Shown: positions 33,217 to 45,416 of the stretch, piece after piece
How positions within the stretch are numbered: position 1 is the first letter of the stretch
Layout of the letters: every line of letters starts with the position of its first letter
NCBI GenBank assembly: GCA_963823555.1
Contig: CAWGMA010000002.1
Span: 128,001-192,000 of the forward strand
DNA: 64,000 bases
Reading direction: 5' to 3'
Origin: Candidatus Eiseniibacteriota bacterium
GTDB taxonomy: Bacteria; Eisenbacteria; RBG-16-71-46; CAVPCR01
Translations under genes and position numbers: made by a program
Notes under the pieces: generated by a model
The model's database searches: none
Told to the model about the DNA's origin: nothing
The model's input: only the letters and a program-made list of their open reading frames with translations

Positions 33217-35982
33217 CTAGTCCCGCAGGAAGGCCGTTCCGTCGAGGAGCGACCTGCCGGCCAGGGCGACCACGAGACCGTAGACGGCAATCCCTCCCAC
33301 CACGAGCAGTGCCGGTACGGCCGACACGGCATACCAGGCCGAGAGATCGGTCGTGATCGGCGCCGTCTCCAGAACCACCATGACGTAGAAGTTGACGGCC
33401 AGCGCCAAGAGGCCGTAGCGCATCATCATCCAGATCCACACGGCGGTCATGAGGATCATCAGCGGCCACTCGAGTTCGGGGTGCGGCTCCCGCAATGTGA
33501 ATAGAACGCTGAGCATGACGAAGAAGACGGCGATCGAGAGCCGGTAATTGCGGAAGATCACCTGCAGGAGCAACGGCATGATGAGGAAGAACAGGCCGTT
33601 GAAAAGGGCGAGGCGGGTGAGCTCGAAGAGCTGACCGATGTGCTGCAGGAGGTTGAACGACGTTCCCGGGATCGCGGCCGGAGTGTCCGGAGGGTGCCCG
33701 AACCAGACCGGAAGGACAGGGGCCAGCCGCGACAGGAGGACGATGACGACACCGGCGACGACACCGACGAGCACATTGCGACCGACCAGGGGATCCCGCA
33801 GCCGGCCGGCGCAGAGGCGGCTCCAGCCGATCAGCCGGTGGGGGAAGTGGCGTCGCATGTAGGGTTCGAGAGCGATGTACATGAGCCACAACGCGCCGGC
33901 CATGAAGATGGCCGGCCCCAACGCCTTCATGAAGAGCTCGAGCTCCTCGTCGGCCGCGGAGACATGACTGGCGCCGAAGATCCAGCTCAGGATGCTGGTG
34001 GCCATGATGACGGCGAAGATGTTGAAGGCCCCCTTGCGATCGACGCGCCCGAGACGAAGGTTGCGTACCGCGAGGACAATGGCCCCTCCCAGCATGCCCA
34101 GGATCATGGCGATCTCGACCCCGCGAATGCGGCGCAGGCGGTTGTCGATGGTCGGTGGCGGCTCGCGCCAGGAGCGGCGCCACGGCCCGGAGACGAGGAA
34201 GTGCACCGGCTTGCCGCCGAAGGAAGCGGCCTCGATGCGGAGATTCCCGCCGAAGGCGGCCGAATCATTGACGGTCCAGGCCATCAGGGTGTCGGCGTAG
34301 ACATCCGGCGTCCAGATCGGCGTGACCGGTGCGAGTCGCGTGGTGTCGATACCCGCCGCCGCGAACAGCGCGCCCAGGTCCGCGCGCAGCGCGGGGCGCG
34401 TGGAATCGGCCTCGATCAAGGTCGGCGGCACTTCGCCGAAGGTCGTGAGCCTGCCGCTTGGATCGAGAACGACGGTGGTCATCCCGGGCACGAGGTGGGG
34501 AGGATCGAGCGGCGTGACGGCCTCGGCGAGGCCGACCGTGGCCAGGCTCTGCGGGCTCGTCCGGTACCAGAAGCGGATGGGAGCCGGGCGGTGCGCTGCG
34601 AGCCGGTCCCAGCGGTCGGCGGATTCGTCGTGTTCACGGATGTATCGGAGCAGGTCGGAATCGGCCAGGAAACCCTGAGCTTGGCCCGCCGGTCGTTCGC
34701 TGTGCCCGAGCGCGCGCAGAATGTCCGTGGCGCGATCGGCAAGCACCTGAGGCGGCTTTTCCAGCGGGACCCGCTCATGGAGCCGGGTGCGGACATTGAG
34801 ATGCGCGATGGCGAGGAGCCCGGCTGCGATCACGGCGATCGAGAGCCAGGCGATGAGTGGACGTATCGCGCCCACCTCGCCGGAGGCGGCCACGAGCTCC
34901 GGCGAAGGAGTCTCCCCGGCAGCCAGCGCCGCCGCCAGCGGGTCGCCGCCAGGCAGTGCGGCGGAGACGGCGAACGCCGATCCCGGGCGGTTCTCCGGGT
35001 CCTTTTCGAGGCAACGCAGGATGATGCGCTCGGTCGCCGGATCGAGATCGGTGATGATCGTGGAGGGCGATTTCGGAGTCGAATTCCGGATGAGCTGCGT
35101 CAGCTCGGCCAGCGTTTCCGCCCGGTACGTCTGTTTTCCGGTGAACATCTCGTACAGCACGAGACCGAGCGCGTAGATGTCGGTGCGCACCGTGGCCGAT
35201 TCGCCCGCGAGCTGTTCGGGGGCCATGTAAGCCGGGGTGCCGCCACTCGAGTCGCTGGTCGCGAGGTCGGCCGCGAGCGCCGCCAGGCCGAAGTCGGTGA
35301 TACGTACCTTGCCGCGCCCATCGATCATCACGTTTGCTGGCTTCAGATCGCGATGGAGGATGCCGCGCTCGTGCGCGGCGGCGAGCCCGGCGCAGAGCTG
35401 CCGCGCGATGTCGATGGCCTTGTCATGCGGGAGGCGGCCGATACGGCGGAGCAGGGAAGCGAGATCCTCGCCGTCGATGTACTCCATCGAGAGGAAGCGG
35501 ATCCCGTCGGTGGTGCCGATGTCGTAGACCCGGCACACGTTCGGGTGCGAGACCTGCCGCGCGATGCGTACCTCCTGCACGAAGCCGGACAGACGCTGTT
35601 CGTCATCCGCGAGCCGGGCGGGCAGGAACTTGAGGGCGACCGACTGCCCGAGGACGAGATCGTCGGCGCGATACACCTCGCCCATGCCGCCCCGGCCGAG
35701 GAGGCCGACGATGCGGTAGCGCTCGGCGAGCATGGTGCCGGGAGGAAGGGATTGCGGGTCGAAGTGCTCGTCTGGCGTGTGCGGGGGGGTCGAGCGGGGG
35801 CGCGCCCCAGGCGCTGGCGGGGACGCCGGCCGGCGCGGGGGGGAGGTCTCAGGGAAGCGAGTGGGGCGCGTGGCCAGAGAATCCCCGGACGCACTCGAGT
35901 CAGCGCTAAGCGCCTGCCCGCACTCAGGGCAAAACCGGCCCTGGGCTGGAACGGCGCTCGCACAGGTTGGGCAGCGGTCCAT
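33217..35982 (-). CDS. Hanks-type Ser/Thr kinase with N-terminal zinc ribbon, extracytoplasmic domain and multi-TM C-terminus
   Basis: CPTC/CPEC, LGRGGMGEVY, VALK, HRDLKPAN, DFG, GTPAYMAPE, DIYALG; several hydrophobic helices. Confidence 0.93.
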   Translation of the reverse strand: MDRCPTCASAVPAQGRFCPECGQALSADSSASGDSLATRPTRFPETSPPRRPASPPAPGARPRSTPPHTPDEHFDPQSLPPGTMLAERYRIVGLLGRGGMGEVYRADDLVLGQSVALKFLPARLADDEQRLSGFVQEVRIARQVSHPNVCRVYDIGTTDGIRFLSMEYIDGEDLASLLRRIGRLPHDKAIDIARQLCAGLAAAHERGILHRDLKPANVMIDGRGKVRITDFGLAALAADLATSDSSGGTPAYMAPEQLAGESATVRTDIYALGLVLYEMFTGKQTYRAETLAELTQLIRNSTPKSPSTIITDLDPATERIILRCLEKDPENRPGSAFAVSAALPGGDPLAAALAAGETPSPELVAASGEVGAIRPLIAWLSIAVIAAGLLAIAHLNVRTRLHERVPLEKPPQVLADRATDILRALGHSERPAGQAQGFLADSDLLRYIREHDESADRWDRLAAHRPAPIRFWYRTSPQSLATVGLAEAVTPLDPPHLVPGMTTVVLDPSGRLTTFGEVPPTLIEADSTRPALRADLGALFAAAGIDTTRLAPVTPIWTPDVYADTLMAWTVNDSAAFGGNLRIEAASFGGKPVHFLVSGPWRRSWREPPPTIDNRLRRIRGVEIAMILGMLGGAIVLAVRNLRLGRVDRKGAFNIFAVIMATSILSWIFGASHVSAADEELELFMKALGPAIFMAGALWLMYIALEPYMRRHFPHRLIGWSRLCAGRLRDPLVGRNVLVGVVAGVVIVLLSRLAPVLPVWFGHPPDTPAAIPGTSFNLLQHIGQLFELTRLALFNGLFFLIMPLLLQVIFRNYRLSIAVFFVMLSVLFTLREPHPELEWPLMILMTAVWIWMMMRYGLLALAVNFYVMVVLETAPITTDLSAWYAVSAVPALLVVGGIAVYGLVVALAGRSLLDGTAFLRD

Positions 35983-36177
35983 CGGGACCCCTTTCAGGCT
36001 CTGGGGTGGAGCCGATCATGGACGAGCCCTGGACCCCTGACAAGGCCGGGACCACCCTCGCCAGCCCACCCCGCCGGGGCGCCCGGGAAGCCCGCCGTCC
36101 GTTCCTCCGAAGGTCTCCCTCCGGGCCCTCTCCCGGGAGGTCGGGCGTCTGCCCTAATTCCAAGTCAAAATAGCTAC

Positions 36178-36206
36178 TTGCGGCATTTTCAAGGGTCCTC
36201 TAGAAT
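36178..36206 (+). promoter_or_regulatory. Putative sigma70 promoter for gyrA
   Basis: TTGCGG-17nt-TAGAAT in an AT-richer patch. Confidence 0.55.
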
Positions 36207-36370
36207 GCCTTTCCGACCCCATTCAGCGAGGGTTCAAACCGCGGCGGTGGCGCCCACGGGAGGGTGCCATCCGGCGCGGCAGCCGGGCCTCTGGTCCGGT
36301 CGTGGGCCGCCCGGTTCTGCCCCGGACCGGAGTGCGGCAGCGAGGCCGCGACCCCAAGGAGCAAACGTTC

Positions 36371-39016
<2,646 letters not shown>

Positions 39017-39055
39017 CGATCCGGTCGGATCGCTCCGGGACGACGCCAGCGGAGC

Positions 39056-39688
39056 ATGCGCGCCGATATTCCAATCTCCACGGTTCGCCGTCTGTCGACA
39101 TACTACCGGGTCTTGCGCCAGCTCCTGAGCGAGGGCGCGGAGATCGCTTCGTCGCAGCTCCTCGCCGAGCTCTCGGGAGTGTCGGCCGCCCAGCTCCGCA
39201 AGGACCTCTCCTACTTCGGCAACTTCGGGAAGCGCGGGCTCGGCTATGATCTTCCGCTCCTGACCCGCGAGCTCCGCTCCATCCTGGGCCTCGACCGGCG
39301 CTGGCGCGTCGGGCTCGTCGGTGCCGGCAACATCGGGTCTGCGCTCTTCGCCTACGAGCCCTTCCGCGAGCAGGGGTTCGACATCGTCGCCCTCTTCGAC
39401 AGCGATCAGAGGAAGATCGGTTCCCGGTGGAACGGTGTCCGCATCACGGCGATCAAGGACTTCGCAGCCGAGGCGGCCGAGAATCCCATGGACATCGTCG
39501 TGGTCGCCGTGCCGCCGGCCGCGGCCCAGGCGGTTTGCGATCGGGTGGTGGCGGCCGGGGTCAAGGCGATCCTCAACTTCGCCGCGCGGCGGATCAGCGT
39601 GCCGCCGGGAGTCGTGCTCCGGAACGTGGACATGGCGCTCGAGCTCGAGGCGCTATCGTTCTCGCTCAATCTCCTCCGCGGCTCCTGA
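39056..39688 (+). CDS. rex: Redox-sensing transcriptional repressor Rex
   Basis: TVRRLS.Y, QLRKDLSYFG.FGKRG.GY, VGAGNIG.AL, ILNFA. Confidence 0.95.
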   Translation: MRADIPISTVRRLSTYYRVLRQLLSEGAEIASSQLLAELSGVSAAQLRKDLSYFGNFGKRGLGYDLPLLTRELRSILGLDRRWRVGLVGAGNIGSALFAYEPFREQGFDIVALFDSDQRKIGSRWNGVRITAIKDFAAEAAENPMDIVVVAVPPAAAQAVCDRVVAAGVKAILNFAARRISVPPGVVLRNVDMALELEALSFSLNLLRGS

Positions 39689-39901
39689 TCGCCAGCCTCC
39701 TCACTGTACGCTTAATATATTGCGATTAAATAGGTTAGACTGGATGTGTCGGCTCCGGGAGGCGGTGCCTCTTAACATATTTGTCACAATATTTTTCTGA
39801 ACACATTCCTCTCGGGAGCTGTCTCAAGGGTTGATAGCAAGCAACCGGCCCGGGCCGGCGATTCGCGCCCGCACCCTTGATACGCAAAGGAGATGATCAT
39901 T

Positions 39902-41842
39902 ATGCGGACCCTTCTTGCGACCTCCCTGCAGGCGGCGCTCATCCTGGCGCTCGCGACCACTGCCCAGGCCACGACGGCTCGACTCCAGGTTCTGCACAAC
40001 GCGGCCGATCCGGCCGCCGAGGTCGTCGACATCTATGTGAACGACGGTCTCTTCATCGATGACTTTGCATTCCGGGATGCCACTCCGTTCGTGGATGTGC
40101 CCGCAGGTGTCGAGCTGATGGTCGGTGTCGCGCCTGGCACCAGCACTGGCCCCGGCGACATCATCGCCAGCTTCCCGGTCACCCTGGAGGCCGGGCGCCG
40201 CTACGTCGCCGTTGCCAACGGAGTGCTCGATCCCGCCGGGTTCGCAGCCAACCCGGAGGGCGCCGCGATCGCGTTCACCCTCTTCGCCCGTGACGGTCTC
40301 CGCGAGCGGGCTCGTTTCCCCTGGTTCGTGGACCTCATGGCCTTTCATGGGGTGACGGACGCGCCGACCGTCGATGTCGTGGCCCGTCTCGATTGGAACA
40401 AGCAGGGCGGCAGCAAAGACGCCGATCTGAGCGCTTCGGAGCTCGCAGCCATCCGCTCGAAGCTCGAGTCGGCGGGCGAGATCGAGGACGAGATCGTCGG
40501 AATGCCCGGGGATCCCGGCGCGAGCTCGTTCAAGGACTCGCGTTTCACCCTCATCAACGATCTGGCCTACGGCGAGTTCTCCGGCTATCGCACGTCCCTC
40601 GCCCTGCCACTGATCCTCGATGTGACCCTGGGCAGCGATCAGAGCGTTGTCGTCGCCTCCTACGAGGTGGATCTGCGTCCGCTGCGGGGTGGGTCCGCTC
40701 TGGTCTTCGCCTCGGGCTTCCTCAACCCTGGTGCCAACCAGAACGGCCCGGCCTTCGGTCTCTTCGCCGCCCTGCCCGATGGCACAGTGCTCGCTCTCGA
40801 GCCGCTCGGCGGTGGTGATGTGGCCCGCCTCCAGGTCGTGCACAACGCCGCCGATCCAGCCGCGGAGGTGGTCGATGTCTACGTGAACGATGGTCTCTTC
40901 ATCGATGACTTCGCCTTCCGGGATGCCACTCCGTTCGTCGACGTGCCGGCAGGGGTCCAGCTCACGATCGGTGTGGCGCCCGGCAGCAGCACCGGACCGG
41001 GCGACATCATCGCCAGCTTCCCGGTCACGCTCGATGCGGGCAAGACCTACGTGGCGATGGCCAACGGCGTGCTCGCTCCCGGTTCCTTCGCCGCCAACCC
41101 GGATGGCCGTCCGATCGGATTCAGTATCTACCCGCGTGACGGTGTGCGCGAGGCCGCGAGCTGGAGCTCCGTGGTCGACCTGGTCACCTTTCACGGCGCC
41201 ACCGATGCCCCGGCGGTCGATATCTGGGCGCGGATCGGCTTCATCAAGTTGCCGCTGTTCCGCGATCTGGCCTACACCGACTTCTCCTCGTACCGGTCGG
41301 TTCTGCCGACCCGCTACCGGATCGAGGTCCGCCCAGCGGGCACGAGCACGGTGGTCGCTGCGTTCGATGCGGATCTGCGCGGGCTCGGTGGCGGAGCGGC
41401 CGTGGTCTTCGCCTCGGGTTTCCTGAACCCGGGCGCCAACCAGAACGGGCCCGCCTTCGGCCTCTTCGCTGCCCTGCCCGACGGCAATGTGGTCGAGCTG
41501 CCGGCCGCCGACGGCAGGTCGGTGCCCTCGATCGAGGATGCGAACATGCTGGCCGGAGCGGGCTTCGTCGCAGCTCCGGGCACGGTATCCCTGGCTCAGA
41601 ATTCGCCGAATCCGTTCAACCCGTCGACCGCGATCACCTTCTCGCTTCCAACCGAGATGGAGGTGCGGCTCTCGGTCTATGACGTGAGCGGACGCGAGGT
41701 CAGCCGTCTCGTTGAGGAGCGCATGGCGGCGGGCGGGCATAGCGTCGACTTCGACGGGTCGCGTCTCTCCTCGGGGACTTACTACTACAAGCTATCCGCG
41801 GGCGAGTTCACCGAGATCCGGAAGATGACCCTGATCAAGTAG
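39902..41842 (+). CDS. Secreted tandem DUF4397-like repeat protein with C-terminal T9SS-like domain
   Basis: Two ARLQV.HNAADPAA...VFASGFL modules; tail LAQNSPNPFNPST...LSSGTYYYKL...KMTLIK. Confidence 0.88.
   Translation: MRTLLATSLQAALILALATTAQATTARLQVLHNAADPAAEVVDIYVNDGLFIDDFAFRDATPFVDVPAGVELMVGVAPGTSTGPGDIIASFPVTLEAGRRYVAVANGVLDPAGFAANPEGAAIAFTLFARDGLRERARFPWFVDLMAFHGVTDAPTVDVVARLDWNKQGGSKDADLSASELAAIRSKLESAGEIEDEIVGMPGDPGASSFKDSRFTLINDLAYGEFSGYRTSLALPLILDVTLGSDQSVVVASYEVDLRPLRGGSALVFASGFLNPGANQNGPAFGLFAALPDGTVLALEPLGGGDVARLQVVHNAADPAAEVVDVYVNDGLFIDDFAFRDATPFVDVPAGVQLTIGVAPGSSTGPGDIIASFPVTLDAGKTYVAMANGVLAPGSFAANPDGRPIGFSIYPRDGVREAASWSSVVDLVTFHGATDAPAVDIWARIGFIKLPLFRDLAYTDFSSYRSVLPTRYRIEVRPAGTSTVVAAFDADLRGLGGGAAVVFASGFLNPGANQNGPAFGLFAALPDGNVVELPAADGRSVPSIEDANMLAGAGFVAAPGTVSLAQNSPNPFNPSTAITFSLPTEMEVRLSVYDVSGREVSRLVEERMAAGGHSVDFDGSRLSSGTYYYKLSAGEFTEIRKMTLIK
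39976..41500 (+). repeat. Intragenic tandem duplication (about 39976-40800 vs 40822-41500)
   Basis: Shared DNA blocks, e.g. ggtctcttcatcgatgactt, ttccgggatgccactccgttcgt, ggcgacatcatcgccagcttcccggtcac. Confidence 0.85.
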
Positions 41843-41869
41843 GTCGCGACCACGAGATCAGAGTCTGCG

Positions 41870-41905
41870 GCGAGGGCCGCTCATCATGGGCGGCCCTCGC
41901 TTTCT
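41870..41905 (+). terminator. Intrinsic terminator
   Basis: GCGAGGGCCGC...GCGGCCCTCGC followed by TTTCT, between convergent genes. Confidence 0.75.
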
Positions 41906-41937
41906 GCCTTCGCTGCTGCGCGCGCGGCCCCTTGCTC

Positions 41938-42393
41938 CTAGAAGTACCCCACCATCAACCGTTCCACCCATTCTGGAACGAAGGCATCCGGGGCGCGGTC
42001 GAACTGCGGGAAGTAGGGTTTCACATCGAGGACGGCGGTGCCGTCGATGGCATCGAGGCCGCGCACGGTGAGGACGCCTCCGGCGACCGCCATCACCTCG
42101 ACCACCGTGATCCCGATCGGATTGGGGCGCTGCTTCCCGCGCTGAGCGAAGATGCCGATCTCGGGCATGTCGGCCCGGCCGCGCGGCCGGCGCACGAGAT
42201 CCCGCTCGCGAACGAACTCGTGCTCCATCAGGAACACGATGACGGCGTGCGAGAAGGTCTCGAGACCGCCGAGGCCGGCGGCGAACGCCGGATCCAGATG
42301 GATCGCGGACATCACCGTTCCCCAGTTCTCGTCGCTGTCGGTGCCGGTCACGGATGAGCGCACGCTGCCGATCGGTTCGAGGCCGAAGGTCAC
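41938..42393 (-). CDS. TrmO/TsaA-like (UPF0066) SAM-binding protein
   Basis: PIGSV, GLETFSH, GIFAQR...RPNPIG, LDAIDGTAVLDVKPY; GTG start overlaps the upstream stop. Confidence 0.88.
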   Translation of the reverse strand: MTFGLEPIGSVRSSVTGTDSDENWGTVMSAIHLDPAFAAGLGGLETFSHAVIVFLMEHEFVRERDLVRRPRGRADMPEIGIFAQRGKQRPNPIGITVVEVMAVAGGVLTVRGLDAIDGTAVLDVKPYFPQFDRAPDAFVPEWVERLMVGYF

Positions 42394-42800
42394 GATGCCT
42401 CTCCTCCCGGCCAGCGTGGATCGATGAAGCGCTGGATCTCCACGAGATATCCGTTGGGGTCGCGAAAGAAGCAATGGTAGATGCCATAGCGCTCGTTGAG
42501 CGCCGGGGTCTTCTCGCAGGCAACGCCCGCCTGCTGGAGCCTTTCGTACCAGCCGTCCACGTCCGCGGTGACGAGGGTCAAGATGATGCCCTCGGGTCTT
42601 GCCGCCTCCTCGCGGGCGCAGAAGCCGACGTAGGCATCCCCCGCCACGGCGTAGATCCGGCAGGTACCCTGGTCGAGCGCGAGCTCGAGGCCGAGGACCT
42701 GCTCGTAGAAGCGCGCGGTCTCCTCGAGCGAGGCCGTGTAGCAGAACGTGATCTGGGCGGTGAAGGGATGCGGCGGATCGGTGCCGGTGCGCCGGCTCAT
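42390..42800 (-). CDS. VOC/glyoxalase family protein
   Basis: FYEQVLGL, DVDGWY, FFRDPNGYLVEIQ. Confidence 0.88.
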   Translation of the reverse strand: MSRRTGTDPPHPFTAQITFCYTASLEETARFYEQVLGLELALDQGTCRIYAVAGDAYVGFCAREEAARPEGIILTLVTADVDGWYERLQQAGVACEKTPALNERYGIYHCFFRDPNGYLVEIQRFIDPRWPGGEAS

Positions 42801-44482
42801 GGTGCGGCTTCGCCGAGGATCGTCTCGAGGTCGAGCTTGGAGAAGAGGATCGCGGGCTCGGGCAGCTCGCGGCCCACCGCGAGCTCGGTCGTGGCCTCGC
42901 TCCAGCGCCGGGGGCCGGCGTCGTGGCCGAGGAAGCCCATGATCCGCTCCGCCGCCCGCGGCATGAAGGGTGCCGAATAGACGGCGAGCGCCTGGATCAT
43001 GCGCAGGCAGATGTGGAGCGCCGTGCCGCAGGCCTCGGGGTCGGTCTTCTTGAGGGCCCACGGCGCCTTGGCGTCGAAGTACTGGTTGCCGGCCTGGGCG
43101 AGGCTCATGAAGCCGCGAAGCGCGCGGCGGAACTCGCAGTGCTCGAGCGCGGCTGCCACCTCCGCTCCGGCCTCGTCGATGCGGGCGAGGGCGGCGCGGT
43201 CCATGTCATCGAGCGGACCGAGCGCGGGGATCGCCCCGAAGCTCCGGCGGGTGAAGGTGAGCGTGCGGTGGCAGAAGTTGCCGAAGGCGCCCACCAGCTC
43301 GTCGTTCACCCGCTGGACGAACTCCTCCCAGCTCCAGGTCGCGTCGCGCGTCTCCGGCATGTTGACCGAGAGATAGTAGCGTAGCGCGTCCACCTCGTAG
43401 CGGCCGATGACATCGCGCACCCACACGCCGAGGCCGGCCGACTTCGAGAACTTGGCCCCCGCGATGTTCAGGAACTCGTTCGCGGGCACGTCGTAGGCCA
43501 GGTTCAGATCGCCGACGCCGAGCAACATGCTGGGCCAGATGATGGTGTGGAAGGGGATGTTGTCCTTGCCGAGGAAGTAGTAATGACGCGCCTCCGGATT
43601 CACCCACCAGTGTCGCCAGCCGCCATGGCGCTCGTGGATCTCGGACCACTCGACCGAGGCCGAGAGGTACCCGATCACCGCCTCGAACCAGACATAGATC
43701 CGCTTGTCTTCGAAGCCCGGAACCGGAACCGGGATGCCCCAGGTCAGATCGCGGGTGATGGCGCGATCCTTGAGCCCGCCCGCGATCCAGTTGCGGGTGA
43801 AGGTGATCACGTTCGGGCGCCAGTAGTTCTTGTCGGCGAGCCAGTCGTGGAGCGGCTTCTCGAATGCCGAGAGGCGAAGGAAGAGGTGCTCGCTCTGCCT
43901 GGGTTCGGGGGTGTCGCCCGAGACCCGGCAGCGCGGGTTCACGAGATCCTGCGGATCGAGCGTCTTCCCGCAGTTCTCGCACTGGTCGCCGCGGGCGCGC
44001 TCGTACGCGCAGTGCGGGCAGGTGCCCTCGACGAAGCGATCCGGGAGGAAGCGCTTGCACTGGGGGCAGAAGAGGACATCCATCGTCCGCGGCTCGATGT
44101 AGCCGCGCTCGTGGAGGCTCCGGAACATCCCCTGAGCCACGATCTTGTGGTTCTCGGTCGAGGTGCGCGTGAAGAGGTCGAACTCGATCTCGAAATCGAG
44201 GAGCGCCTTGGAGTTGATCTCGTGGTAGCGCGCGGCGACCTCGGCCGGGCTCACGCCCTCCTTCTCGGCGGTGACGGTGATCGGGGTTCCGTGCTCGTCG
44301 CTTCCGGACACCATGAGCACATCGTTGCCGCGGAGCCGGTGGAAGCGGGCGAAGATGTCGGCCGGCAGGTAGCAGCCGGCGAGGTGACCGAGGTGGAGCT
44401 CGGCATTGGCGTAGGGCCAGGCGACACAGACCAGGATGGGCCGCGGCGATGGGCTGTTCTCATGGGTCGGGGTGGGATTCAT
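42797..44482 (-). CDS. metG: Methionine--tRNA ligase (short form, no C-terminal tRNA-binding domain)
   Basis: PYAN..LHLGH, SGSDEHG, zinc knuckles, YVWFEA, GKDNIPFH, KFSKS; ends shortly after P.ILFSKL. Confidence 0.96.
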   Translation of the reverse strand: MNPTPTHENSPSPRPILVCVAWPYANAELHLGHLAGCYLPADIFARFHRLRGNDVLMVSGSDEHGTPITVTAEKEGVSPAEVAARYHEINSKALLDFEIEFDLFTRTSTENHKIVAQGMFRSLHERGYIEPRTMDVLFCPQCKRFLPDRFVEGTCPHCAYERARGDQCENCGKTLDPQDLVNPRCRVSGDTPEPRQSEHLFLRLSAFEKPLHDWLADKNYWRPNVITFTRNWIAGGLKDRAITRDLTWGIPVPVPGFEDKRIYVWFEAVIGYLSASVEWSEIHERHGGWRHWWVNPEARHYYFLGKDNIPFHTIIWPSMLLGVGDLNLAYDVPANEFLNIAGAKFSKSAGLGVWVRDVIGRYEVDALRYYLSVNMPETRDATWSWEEFVQRVNDELVGAFGNFCHRTLTFTRRSFGAIPALGPLDDMDRAALARIDEAGAEVAAALEHCEFRRALRGFMSLAQAGNQYFDAKAPWALKKTDPEACGTALHICLRMIQALAVYSAPFMPRAAERIMGFLGHDAGPRRWSEATTELAVGRELPEPAILFSKLDLETILGEAAP

Positions 44483-44491
44483 GGTGGACGG

Positions 44492-44520
44492 AGGCTAGCG
44501 AGCGGCTCCCTGGGGGTCAA
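44492..44520 (-). promoter_or_regulatory. Putative sigma70 promoter for a near-leaderless metG mRNA
   Basis: TTGACC-17nt-TAGCCT, 9 nt before ATG, no SD. Confidence 0.6.
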
Positions 44521-44663
44521 GGAACGAGGAGGGCGGTGCCCGGCGAGGGCCGCACTCTTCCTCACCGGAAACGCAGGGCGGGCGAAGCCTCCTGGCTCCG
44601 CCCGCCACCGCCTCTGGCGCCGCTTGCGGCCTCGGCGCCGGTTTCGTCACGCCGGTCGGGTTC

Positions 44664-45107
44664 TTACTGGATGTCGACCTCGATGTGCCGCTCGCGGGCG
44701 TTCTCCGCCTTCGGGAGCATGATCTCGAGGACGCCGTCCTTGTAGCTCGCCTTCACCTTGGACGAGTCGACCGCCGTCGAGAACGGGAAGTGGCGCTCGA
44801 ACGTGCCGTAGAAGCGCTCCACGTGGCGGTAGGTCTTGCCCTCCTCCTTGGCCTCGGCCTTCTTGCTGAGGCGGAGCGAGAGGGTGTTGTCCTGCACGGT
44901 GAGTTCGATGTCCTCGCGCTTGACTCCAGGGATCTCGACGGTGACGGCATAGGCGTCACCGGTCTCGACCACATCGGCAAACGGATAGGTTGCCTGGGTG
45001 ACCTCGGTCAGAGGGAAGCGGAACATCTCGTCCATGAGCCGGCTCATCTCGCGAGACGGGCTGCGCAACGTGTCACTGAGCGGGTTCCAGCGGGTAAGGG
45101 TCGTCAT
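44664..45107 (-). CDS. Hsp20/alpha-crystallin small heat-shock protein
   Basis: WNP, EIPGV, ERFYGTFER, A.YKDGVL.I.LPK; RBS AAGGAGG. Confidence 0.95.
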   Translation of the reverse strand: MTTLTRWNPLSDTLRSPSREMSRLMDEMFRFPLTEVTQATYPFADVVETGDAYAVTVEIPGVKREDIELTVQDNTLSLRLSKKAEAKEEGKTYRHVERFYGTFERHFPFSTAVDSSKVKASYKDGVLEIMLPKAENARERHIEVDIQ

Positions 45108-45207
45108 GGCTATTTCCTCCTTCGAGCGGGATCTTGTCCGGGCGCTTCCTCCCGGTCCCTTACGGGACCGGGCACCCGATCCTTTTGACGTCTCGCTCGC
45201 TTGCTAT

Positions 45208-45224
45208 TGCAGCCCCCGTGCCAA
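45208..45224 (-). promoter_or_regulatory. sigma54 (-24/-12) promoter upstream of hsp20
   Basis: Minus strand TTGGCACGGGGGCTGCA (GG-N10-GC). Confidence 0.7.
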
Positions 45225-45416
45225 TGCTTCAACTACTTATTTGACAGTCGATTATAGCGATCGACCAGCGAGATCCGCTCCTGGCGTTCCATAATTGAAC
45301 CACCGCTCGATGACCTCTCGAACAGCCGTTCTATCTTGAGACGGAGCCCAAACCAGAAGCCCGCACCTCGTTGAGGCGCGGGCTCCGGAGAAGCCGGGGT
45401 GTCGAGCGGGAAGGGT

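Noticed and set aside
39772..39798. Rex box downstream of rex
   Set aside because: Only one half-site (GTCACAA) resembles TTGTGAA-N4-TTCACAA
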